Part shown: positions 1 to 5,861 of the stretch, piece after piece | Position numbering within the stretch: position 1 is the stretch's first letter | Layout of the letters: every line of letters starts with the position of its first letter | Origin: Nitrososphaerota archaeon | Lineage (GTDB): Archaea > Thermoproteota > Nitrososphaeria > Nitrososphaerales > UBA57 | Assembly: GCA_013378385.1 (NCBI GenBank) | Contig: JACAFS010000037.1 | Span: 1-10,028, forward strand | Direction of reading: 5' to 3' | DNA length: 10,028 nucleotides | Translations under genes and position numbers: made by a program | Notes under the pieces: generated by a model | What the model saw: the letters and a program-made list of their open reading frames with translations, nothing else | The model's database searches: none | What the model was told of the DNA's origin: nothing

Positions 1-128
1 CTTTAGAAAAGGAAGATTTCAATCGTATTTTAAAATATCACATCAAGCCATTACTTGAGGAATATGACAAAATTTCCAGTTCTGATGGAAAACTTGTCAG
101 CATTTTAGAAGAATATCTTCTTTCATAA
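1..128 (+). CDS. 3' end of a CDS entering from the left edge (42 codons, frame from nt 3, TAA at 126-128); C-terminus resembles McrB/MoxR-type AAA+ proteins
   Basis: Open frame LEKEDFNRILKYHIKPLLEEYDKISSSDGKLVSILEEYLLS*. From memory, the I-x-P-L-L-x-E-Y motif near the C-terminus occurs in McrB-like (COG1401) AAA+/GTPase proteins. The fragment is too short for a firm call. Confidence 0.35.
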   Translation, partial: LEKEDFNRILKYHIKPLLEEYDKISSSDGKLVSILEEYLLS

Positions 129-147
129 AATTATCAAAAAATTGCAG

Positions 148-184
148 TTTTTCATGCTTATTGTTAATCAGCATGTAAATTTTT
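148..184 (+). terminator. Candidate terminator of the upstream gene: T5 run, hairpin, T5 run
   Basis: T5 at 148-152. A 6-bp inverted repeat catgct/agcatg (153-158 pairs with 170-175, 11-nt loop). T5 at 180-184. The element starts 20 nt after the TAA at 126-128. Archaeal termination typically uses oligo-T tracts. Confidence 0.35.
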
Positions 185-215
185 CAATGCAAATCCTACA
201 TTTCGTAGGTTCATG

Positions 216-251
216 TAGTCACGTACGACCATTTAGTCGCGTAAGACCATT
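216..251. repeat. Tandem direct repeat, 2 x 18 bp (tagtcacgtacgaccatt / tagtcgcgtaagaccatt), 16/18 identical
   Basis: Read directly: 216-233 and 234-251 are head-to-tail copies differing at 2 positions. Each copy contains GTC-N6-GAC. The repeat is locally GC-rich within an AT-rich 254-nt intergenic region upstream of livH. Confidence 0.8.
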
Positions 252-327
252 GTGTTTTCATATTTTTCTTCTTCACCATTGTCAACTTTTGACGGCGTAA
301 TATGATATGCCGATTTGCATAATTGAG

Positions 328-336
328 TTATATAAA
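328..336 (+). promoter_or_regulatory. Candidate TATA box for the liv operon
   Basis: ttatataaa at 328-336, about 50 nt upstream of the GTG at 383. This implies a short leader of roughly 20-25 nt if the TSS lies about 25-27 nt downstream of the box. Confidence 0.35.
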
Positions 337-382
337 CATTATCCATCAAAACTGTGAAAAGTGAGTTATGGATAATTAGTTT

Positions 383-1300
383 GTGGTCCTCGTTAATCTT
401 CCTCAGTTATTTATTGATAGCATTTTGACTGGAAGCGTCCTTGCTTTGGGAGCCATCGGACTGACTCTTGTATACCGTGTCATGAAGTTTCCTAACTTTG
501 TACATGCAGAGTTCATGACCTTCGGGGCTTATTCCGCATACGCGGCAAACCAATATCTCGGCCTTGGCCTGTTCGCTGGAAGCATCTCGTCTTTCATTGC
601 ATCTGGGATGCTGGCCGTTCTCTCCTATCGTTTTGTGTTCTCGAAACTGGAGAACGTAAGTTCGTCTGGGACGACCACCAAGCTCACATCGATGCTGATT
701 GCATCTATTGGCCTCGGTTTCATCTTTCGGCATTCCATCCAGGAAATTTGGGGTGCAAATGTTTTGTATTTCAACATCGAAGCTCCTGCAATATACGAAT
801 ACTTTACCGCAAGATTCACAAGCTTCGATCTTATAATCATACTGTCGTCCGTTCTTCTTGTTCTCTTGCTCCATGTGTTTCTGACTTACACCAATCTCGG
901 TAAAACCATTCGGGCAACTTCAGACAACCCTGGCCTTTCTCTGATCAGCGGAATAGACACCGACCGAGTGATTTACATCGTTTGGTTCCTCAGCGGAGGC
1001 ACTGCGGGATTCGCAGGTTTCCTGAGGGGTGTTGACACTCGTCTGTCTCCATGGCTTGGCTGGAATGTATTGCTGATTGCATTTGCCGTTGTCATACTTG
1101 GAGGAATAGGAAGCTTTTACGGGGCAATCATTGCAGCATACATTATCGGATTCGTTGAGAACATCGGAGTAGTTGCGTTGATCAATTTGGATCTGCCCAC
1201 AAGCTACCGACCTGCAATAGCTTTCTCCATATTGATCATCATGCTTATCTTCAGGCCCCAGGGCCTCTTCAGTACGTCAAGCACTCGGAAAGGTGGTTAG
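383..1300 (+). CDS. livH: Branched-chain/hydrophobic amino acid (HAAT family) ABC transporter permease, LivH type
   Basis: 305 aa polytopic membrane protein. N-terminus LPQLFIDSILTGSVLALGAIGLTLVY...FVHAEFMTFGAY matches the LivH/BPD_transp_2 pattern. GTG start at 383; the upstream ATG at 368 hits a stop after 3 codons. TAG at 1298-1300 abuts the next gene. Confidence 0.9.
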   Translation: MVLVNLPQLFIDSILTGSVLALGAIGLTLVYRVMKFPNFVHAEFMTFGAYSAYAANQYLGLGLFAGSISSFIASGMLAVLSYRFVFSKLENVSSSGTTTKLTSMLIASIGLGFIFRHSIQEIWGANVLYFNIEAPAIYEYFTARFTSFDLIIILSSVLLVLLLHVFLTYTNLGKTIRATSDNPGLSLISGIDTDRVIYIVWFLSGGTAGFAGFLRGVDTRLSPWLGWNVLLIAFAVVILGGIGSFYGAIIAAYIIGFVENIGVVALINLDLPTSYRPAIAFSILIIMLIFRPQGLFSTSSTRKGG

Positions 1301-2227
1301 TTGCTAAATTTCATACTCGACGCTCTGATCTATACAGGGGTATTTGGCATTCTTGCAATCAGCCTGAATATTGAAGCGGGATTCACTCGATTGATGAATT
1401 ACGGAAAGGTCGCGTTCTTCGGAGTTGGCGCATACACGTCTGCCTTGCTGGCATTGAGTGGATACAATTTCATATTCACCTTGGTTGCAGCTATTTTCAT
1501 GTCGGCCCTTGCAGGATTCCTTATCTCCTTGCCAACGCTCAGGCTTCGGGAGGATTACTTCGCAATAGTTACGGTATCTGCTGGAGAGATCCTGAGATTG
1601 TTCTTCATCAGCGAAGCCTGGCTTACGAATGGCACGCGAGGGCTTCCTGGCATACCTAGGCCATTGGCTGAATTCATTCCTACCAACAACTATCTTCTGT
1701 TCTACACCCCGGTGGTTCTCATATTCCTGTTTGCATGCTATCTTATCGCCACTCAAATCGTAAACTCTCCGTTCGGACGAGTTCTGAAATCTATACGAGA
1801 GGATGAAGTTGCGTCAAAGTCTCTTGGAAAAGACATCTTCAAATTCAAAACAAAATCGTTGATTATCGGATCATCCATGGCCGGTGTCGCAGGGCATCTA
1901 TTTTCATACCATCTTCGATTCATCTCTCCCGACATGTTCTTTCCAGTCCTTACATTCACTATCTGGACGATGATGATTATTGGAGGAATTGCAAATATGA
2001 AGGGCTCGATTCTTGGAGCACTGCTCGTGCAAACTTTTGAAAGAGGAATGTCAATTGCTAAAGATTATGTCTCTCTGCCGATCGACCCGCTAAACTTTAG
2101 GATCATCGTTATCGGCTTTATCCTGATATTGTTTATGATGTATCGGCCCGAAGGCATTATTCCCGAAGAAAAAACTAAATCTATCTATACGAGGTTGGAA
2201 GAAAATGGAACAGCTGAAACTAAATAA
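1301..2227 (+). CDS. livM: HAAT-family ABC transporter permease, LivM type
   Basis: 308 aa membrane protein with LNIEAGFTRLMNYGKVAFFGVGAYTSA, typical of LivM. A TTG start at 1301 directly follows the livH stop. The first in-frame ATG would remove the conserved N-terminal segment. Confidence 0.85.
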   Translation: MLNFILDALIYTGVFGILAISLNIEAGFTRLMNYGKVAFFGVGAYTSALLALSGYNFIFTLVAAIFMSALAGFLISLPTLRLREDYFAIVTVSAGEILRLFFISEAWLTNGTRGLPGIPRPLAEFIPTNNYLLFYTPVVLIFLFACYLIATQIVNSPFGRVLKSIREDEVASKSLGKDIFKFKTKSLIIGSSMAGVAGHLFSYHLRFISPDMFFPVLTFTIWTMMIIGGIANMKGSILGALLVQTFERGMSIAKDYVSLPIDPLNFRIIVIGFILILFMMYRPEGIIPEEKTKSIYTRLEENGTAETK

Positions 2228-2969
2228 TATCCATAAATCCTTTGGAGGAATAGTTGCACTGGACGGCGTTGATTTCTCTGTGAAAAAGAAATCAATTACG
2301 GGACTGGTTGGACCTAATGGCTCTGGAAAAACCACGCTGTTCAACAGTATCACCGGGTTCATCCCTGTAGACGAAGGTTCTATAAAGTTCAATGACATCG
2401 ATATAACCAATCTGTCTCCTGATAAAATCGCTAATCACGGAATAATCCGCTCATTTCAAATTCCTAGACCTTTCTCTAAGATGACAGTTCTGGAAAATGT
2501 ATTGTTGAGCGCGAGAAATCAACTTGGAGAGAATATTATTCCGCTGCTCTTCCGTAAAAAAGAAGTAATCAAACAAGAGACTGAGAACCATGAACGCGCA
2601 AAGGAAATATTGGAACTCCTCGATTTGTCGCATCTCACCAATGAATATTCTGCAGGCCTGTCTGGCGGACAGAAAAAACTTCTTGAACTTGCCCGAATTC
2701 TCATGGCCGATCCTGAAATAATCCTTCTTGATGAACCTATTGCAGGTGTGAATCCCACCTTGGCCAACAAGATATTTGAGAAGATTATCGATATGCGTGA
2801 CAAATACGATAAGACCTTCTTGATTGTAGAACACAACATAGACGTCGTTCGCGATTATTGCGAATACATTGGCGTGATGAATCGTGGAAAAATCATTGCC
2901 GACGGGGATCCTTCTAAAGTCTTTGCCGACGAAAAAGTCCTGAACATATACTTGGGGTTGGAAGATTAG
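2205..2969 (+). CDS. livG: HAAT-family ABC transporter ATP-binding protein, LivG type
   Basis: Walker A GPNGSGKTT, signature LSGGQKKLLELAR, Walker B ILLDEPIAGV, H-loop VEHN, and a LivG-like C-terminal extension. The ATG at 2205 overlaps livM by 23 nt and follows the SD-like gaggt at 2191-2195. Confidence 0.93.
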   Translation: MEQLKLNNIHKSFGGIVALDGVDFSVKKKSITGLVGPNGSGKTTLFNSITGFIPVDEGSIKFNDIDITNLSPDKIANHGIIRSFQIPRPFSKMTVLENVLLSARNQLGENIIPLLFRKKEVIKQETENHERAKEILELLDLSHLTNEYSAGLSGGQKKLLELARILMADPEIILLDEPIAGVNPTLANKIFEKIIDMRDKYDKTFLIVEHNIDVVRDYCEYIGVMNRGKIIADGDPSKVFADEKVLNIYLGLED

Positions 2970-2971
2970 AC

Positions 2972-3676
2972 ATGTTCAAAGTATCGGGTCTGCATTCTGG
3001 ATATGACGGCACAATCATCATTGAAGATATTGATCTCAATGTACAAACTGACGAGATTGTTACTATTATCGGCCCCAATGGTTCAGGTAAAAGTACCTTG
3101 TTGAAAAGTATATTTGGAATTGTCAAACCACAGCAGGGTCAAATAGAATTCCTAAACGAACAAATTACTGGAATGAAACCATTTCGAGTTTTTGAAAAAG
3201 GCATCTCCTATGTACCGCAAGTAGAGAATATCTTTTCTAATCTTACAATATCCGAGAATCTTGATATTGGTTTCTATACTTCAAAAATCAAAGACACTAA
3301 AGATGAATTGGATAAAATATATTCTATCTTTCCTCAACTCAAAAACAAGAACTCAATAAAGTCGGGTAACTTGAGTGGAGGCGAAAGGCAGATGCTGGCA
3401 ATCGCAAGGGCATTGATCGGAGACCCTAAACTATTATTGCTGGATGAGCCCACTGCCAGCTTGGCTCCAAATCTAGTTAATGAAATCATGCAAAAATTAA
3501 TTCAGATTAAGGAGTCTGGAACCTCTATTTTATTAGTTGAACAGAATGCAAAGAAGTCCCTGGCAATCTCTGATCGCTGTTATGTACTGGCAATGGGAAA
3601 GAATTTCTTCGATGGCAAAGCATCTGAAGTTATTAATAATAAAGAATTAGGCCGTATGTTTTTAGGAAGTAAATAA
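2972..3676 (+). CDS. livF: HAAT-family ABC transporter ATP-binding protein, LivF type
   Basis: Walker A GPNGSGKST, signature LSGGERQMLAIAR, Walker B LLLDEPTASL, LVEQN. 234 aa, typical LivF length. The ATG lies 2 nt after the livG stop. Confidence 0.93.
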   Translation: MFKVSGLHSGYDGTIIIEDIDLNVQTDEIVTIIGPNGSGKSTLLKSIFGIVKPQQGQIEFLNEQITGMKPFRVFEKGISYVPQVENIFSNLTISENLDIGFYTSKIKDTKDELDKIYSIFPQLKNKNSIKSGNLSGGERQMLAIARALIGDPKLLLLDEPTASLAPNLVNEIMQKLIQIKESGTSILLVEQNAKKSLAISDRCYVLAMGKNFFDGKASEVINNKELGRMFLGSK

Positions 3677-3683
3677 AAAAAAA
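3675..3683 (-). terminator. Oligo-T (T9 on the minus strand) terminator candidate for the binding-protein gene
   Basis: A9 on the + strand (3675-3683) reads as T9 in the minus-sense transcript. It lies 14 nt downstream of the SBP stop (3697-3699) and overlaps the last two bases of the livF stop codon. Confidence 0.45.
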
Positions 3684-3696
3684 GAGTTTGACGATA

Positions 3697-4878
3697 CTAA
3701 GAAAGACTGACGCCCGAAGGGTCCCAGTTTCCGATATCGACAAACGCTCCGCTTACGATTCTCCAGATGCTGTAGGTTCCGCCTACGTCTCCGTTTTCAT
3801 CGAATGTTTTGTCGCCTGATGCTCCAACATAGCCATTTGCTACGCTGATTAATGCATCTCTGATAGCTTCTTTAGTTGCATCTGCGCCTGCCTCATCAAT
3901 TGCCATTAGGGCTAATTTGGCTGCGTCATATGCCTCTGCCGAATAGAGTCCTTCTTCCAATCCATTAGCTGCTAATAGATCTAAGAAAGCTGCCTTTCCT
4001 GGTGATTCAGGTGAAGCTGGACGTGTTCCTATCATTCCTTCTGTTGCTTCAGCAATTCCTGGTGCTGCGAATATAGCATCATCTGCTATTCCATCGCCGC
4101 CAAGCCATTGTGCTGTAATTCCAAGTTCTGCTGCTTCTCTGAATATGATTTGTCCGTCATCTGCATACGAGACATCGAGTATGATATCTGGATTCGTAGC
4201 TTGTATTTGTGATAATTCAGTGCGGTATGTTGCCATTTCTAGCTCATATGCTATTGCAATTGTTATTGTGCCTCCGTTTGCTATGAATGATTCTTGAAAT
4301 ACATCAGACAATCCTTGTCCATATTGATTATTTACAAAGATTACTGCTGCAGTTCTGTGTCCTTGTGACCAAGCTAGATCTGCCATTGCAACGCCTTGTA
4401 GTGCGTCACTTGGAGCAGTTCTGAAAATGAAGTCACCTGCATTTGATACATCAGGTGATGTAGAAGCTGGAGAAATCATGATGGTTTTAGCATCTTCAAC
4501 AATTGGTGCTGCTGCTAGTGTTGATGAACTTGCATATACACCGACTATTGCATGAACTCCGTCAACTTCAACCAATTTCTTTGCCGCTGCTGCTGATGCA
4601 GCTGGATCTGTTGCTGAGTCTTCTTCTATCAGTTGAACAGTACAGCCGTCAATACCACCTTGGTCGTTTGCTTCTATCACAGCAGCTTGAACTCCTGCTT
4701 GGAAGCCTCCTGCATATGCTGCAAGTGGACCACTTGTTGGTAGTATGTGTCCGAGTTTTACTACACAATCTCCGTCATTTGACATCTGAGTGAAGTAAAA
4801 TCCTCCAACTAATACTGCTACGACAATAATTCCTATGATAATATAGTTTTGAGGTATACTACCTGAGTTACTTGCCAT
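3697..4878 (-). CDS. Type I periplasmic-binding-protein fold substrate-binding protein (Leu/Ile/Val-binding family, Peripla_BP_6-like), membrane anchored
   Basis: 393 aa. N-terminal hydrophobic anchor IIIGIIVVAVLVGGFYF. Family-like segments include KLGHILPTSGPLAAYAG, AKKLVEVDGVHAIVG, ISPASTSP, FRTAPSD and YDAAKLALMAI. It lies convergent to the livHMGF operon. The substrate cannot be read from the sequence. Confidence 0.85.
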   Translation of the reverse strand: MASNSGSIPQNYIIIGIIVVAVLVGGFYFTQMSNDGDCVVKLGHILPTSGPLAAYAGGFQAGVQAAVIEANDQGGIDGCTVQLIEEDSATDPAASAAAAKKLVEVDGVHAIVGVYASSSTLAAAPIVEDAKTIMISPASTSPDVSNAGDFIFRTAPSDALQGVAMADLAWSQGHRTAAVIFVNNQYGQGLSDVFQESFIANGGTITIAIAYELEMATYRTELSQIQATNPDIILDVSYADDGQIIFREAAELGITAQWLGGDGIADDAIFAAPGIAEATEGMIGTRPASPESPGKAAFLDLLAANGLEEGLYSAEAYDAAKLALMAIDEAGADATKEAIRDALISVANGYVGASGDKTFDENGDVGGTYSIWRIVSGAFVDIGNWDPSGVSLS

Positions 4879-4900
4879 AATCGTGTATACCGTTTGTTGG

Positions 4901-4910
4901 TTATAAATTT
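4901..4910 (-). promoter_or_regulatory. Candidate TATA box for the binding-protein gene (leaderless or near-leaderless mRNA)
   Basis: The minus strand reads aaatttataa, centred about 27 nt upstream of the ATG (4878-4876). This is the classic archaeal TATA-to-TSS spacing. Confidence 0.4.
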
Positions 4911-5156
4911 CGTCAACTAATATGATTGTTTCAAGTATTCATTGATGTATTGGACAGATGTATTCATAGAATTAATTTCAATGAACGTATGACTCAAATT
5001 TTCATTTTTATTAGTAAACAAGAATTGAATAATCCATATATTCTGACTATAATTATTATGTGCTTAAACCATGGACGATTGTTATTGTGCTTTCGACATT
5101 CATTTATTAGGCACAGAAAATTTTTTGTATTGTGTGCCGGGGCAAGAAGCCGGGGT

Positions 5157-5169
5157 TTGTTTACTCGAA
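5157..5169 (+). other. tRNA intron 1, 13 nt, position 8/9
   Basis: BHB-type fold. The 4-bp helix 5151-5154 (cggg) pairs with 5164-5167 (ctcg, one G-U). The 3-nt bulges are 5155-5157 and 5168-5170, with junctions after the second bulge nucleotide. The flanking helix is 5148-5150 with 5171-5173. Splicing yields U8-A9. Confidence 0.7.
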
Positions 5170-5193
5170 AGCTCAGCCTGGTTAGAGCGCCAG

Positions 5194-5214
5194 CCTCCAT
5201 AGTACAAGGGCGTT
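5194..5214 (+). other. tRNA intron 2, 21 nt, position 30/31 (inside the anticodon stem)
   Basis: hBHBh' fold. The central helix 5188-5191 (cgcc) pairs perfectly with 5209-5212 (ggcg). The bulges are 5192-5194 and 5213-5215. The outer helix is gag/ctc (5185-5187 with 5216-5218) and the inner helix is ct/ag (5195-5196 with 5207-5208). Splicing restores the A31-U39 pair. Confidence 0.75.
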
Positions 5215-5243
5215 ACTCATAATCTGGAGGTCGTGGGTTCGAA

Positions 5244-5256
5244 ATTTATACGGAAG
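5244..5256 (+). other. tRNA intron 3, 13 nt, position 59/60 (T-loop)
   Basis: The 4-bp helix 5238-5241 (ttcg) pairs with 5251-5254 (cgga, one U-G). The bulges are 5242-5244 and 5255-5257. The T-stem (5233-5237 with 5258-5262) serves as the flanking helix. It has the same 1+6+4+2 nt layout as intron 1. Confidence 0.7.
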
Positions 5257-5275
5257 ACCCACTCCCGGCATTCAA

Positions 5276-5806
5276 TTACATTAATAATTCTATTCCGAAG
5301 AATCCAGTATATGCATACATTAAATTTAATGCAATCTTGCCAAGTATTGCAGCTATTAGAGCTCTTAATTTTGGATAACCCATGACTCCCAGCGGTATCC
5401 AAAGAATATCGTCTGGTGTCAATGGCGTCGCTGCAAAAATAAAAATTAGTCCTACTCCGTACTTCCTTATTTTTTCTTCCCAATCTATTGGTTCTCTATT
5501 TCGTTTGTAAAATTTTGGAAATTTAAATTTTCCTAGGGAAATTTTTTTTCTAGCCAAAAAATCATTTTCAAATAATTTTCTTCCTCCGACTCCGATATAA
5601 TAATGAAGAAACTGTCCAACTCCTGCACCAAGTCCTGCCATTATTCCAACTAATAGGGGATTCAATTGCGATCCAATTATTGGAATTGTTATGAACGACG
5701 GAAATACCGAAAAGAATAATGAACTGGAACCCAGAAATCCTGCTAATAAAGCTCCGAGATATCCTAATCCAGATAAATTTTCTATAAAGATAGCAAATAA
5801 ATCCAT
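5276..5806 (-). CDS. DedA/YqaA-like (VTT/SNARE-associated domain) integral membrane protein
   Basis: 176 aa with several hydrophobic helices. The G-rich helix GIMAGLGAGVGQFLHYYIGVGGRK and the later YGVGLIFIFAATPLTPDDIL segment resemble my recollection of COG1238/DedA-type proteins. No enzymatic motifs seen. Confidence 0.55.
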   Translation of the reverse strand: MDLFAIFIENLSGLGYLGALLAGFLGSSSLFFSVFPSFITIPIIGSQLNPLLVGIMAGLGAGVGQFLHYYIGVGGRKLFENDFLARKKISLGKFKFPKFYKRNREPIDWEEKIRKYGVGLIFIFAATPLTPDDILWIPLGVMGYPKLRALIAAILGKIALNLMYAYTGFFGIELLM

Positions 5807-5861
5807 GGTTCTGCACTATTGATTTACCCTGCATTGGATATATCTGTTATATGATTTATTT

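Larger units (their letters stand above)
5149..5270 (+). tRNA. tRNA with CAU anticodon (elongator tRNA-Met, or tRNA-Ile2 if C34 is modified), interrupted by three introns; mature length 75 nt, CCA not encoded
   Basis: Exons assemble to GCCGGGG TA GCTC AGCCTGGTTA GAGC G CCAGA CTCATAA TCTGG AGGTC GTGGG TTCGAAA CCCAC TCCCGGC A. This gives a 7-bp acceptor stem (one G-U), a D-loop with GG, a perfect 5-bp anticodon stem, a canonical CUCAUAA loop, a TTCGAAA T-loop and discriminator A. It is not an initiator: there is no A1:U72 and no GGG/CCC in the anticodon stem. Confidence 0.85.

Noticed and set aside
288-298. The 11-mer tttgacggcgt is shared between 288-298 (+) and 9647-9657 (-), in both cases within gtcaa/ttgac hairpins
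   Set aside because: A rough estimate gives tens of chance 11-mer matches between strands in 10 kb. Identity stops exactly at 11 nt, so I treat it as coincidence rather than a dispersed repeat family. A genome-wide count of the motif would settle it.
233-346. 37-codon minus-strand ORF (MDNVYITQLCKSAYHITPSKVDNGEEEKYENTMVLRD) in the livH upstream region
   Set aside because: It has no structural or metal-binding motif. It overlaps the candidate TATA box and the tandem repeat. At this length it is expected by chance, and unlike the zinc-ribbon ORF it has nothing that argues for coding.
129-382. Search for C/D-box sRNA, riboswitch or CRISPR-like structure in the long intergenic regions (129-382, 4879-5148)
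   Set aside because: There is no RUGAUGA...CUGA box pair at sensible spacing. Only two repeat copies are present, with no spacers. The AT-rich sequence lacks an extended conserved-looking secondary structure. Nothing can be supported from the sequence alone.
407-2410. Antisense ORFs over livH/livM/livG (407-874, 625-840, 1304-1756, 1753-1959, 2090-2410)
   Set aside because: These are shadow frames of well-supported transporter genes. Their Arg/Cys/Ser-rich translations have no recognisable domains.
4503-4793. 96-aa Leu-rich ORF antisense to the binding-protein gene
   Set aside because: The Leu/Gln/Ser repeats are the complement of the Ala/Glu/Ser-rich SBP codons. It is a shadow ORF.
5136-5155. 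The duplicated gccgggg as an integrase att-site duplication marking an integrated element at the tRNA
   Set aside because: Only 7 nt are duplicated, 6 nt apart. att duplications are normally tens of nt and flank an element. There is no integrase or foreign cargo nearby.
4926-5222. ORF-track entries 4926-5222 (+, 98 aa) and 4994-5200 (-, 68 aa)
   Set aside because: Both run through the tRNA gene and an AT-rich promoter region. Their sequences are low-complexity with no motifs. The tRNA and promoter elements explain the region better.
5190-5227. Alternative reading of the tRNA as tRNA-Trp (CCA at 5197-5199) with a single canonical 37/38 intron
   Set aside because: It would put a U at position 37 and create a C31-U39 mismatch. 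No 4-bp BHB helix forms at the required offsets. The 30/31 solution gives a perfect stem, a canonical CUCAUAA loop and a perfect cgcc/ggcg central helix.
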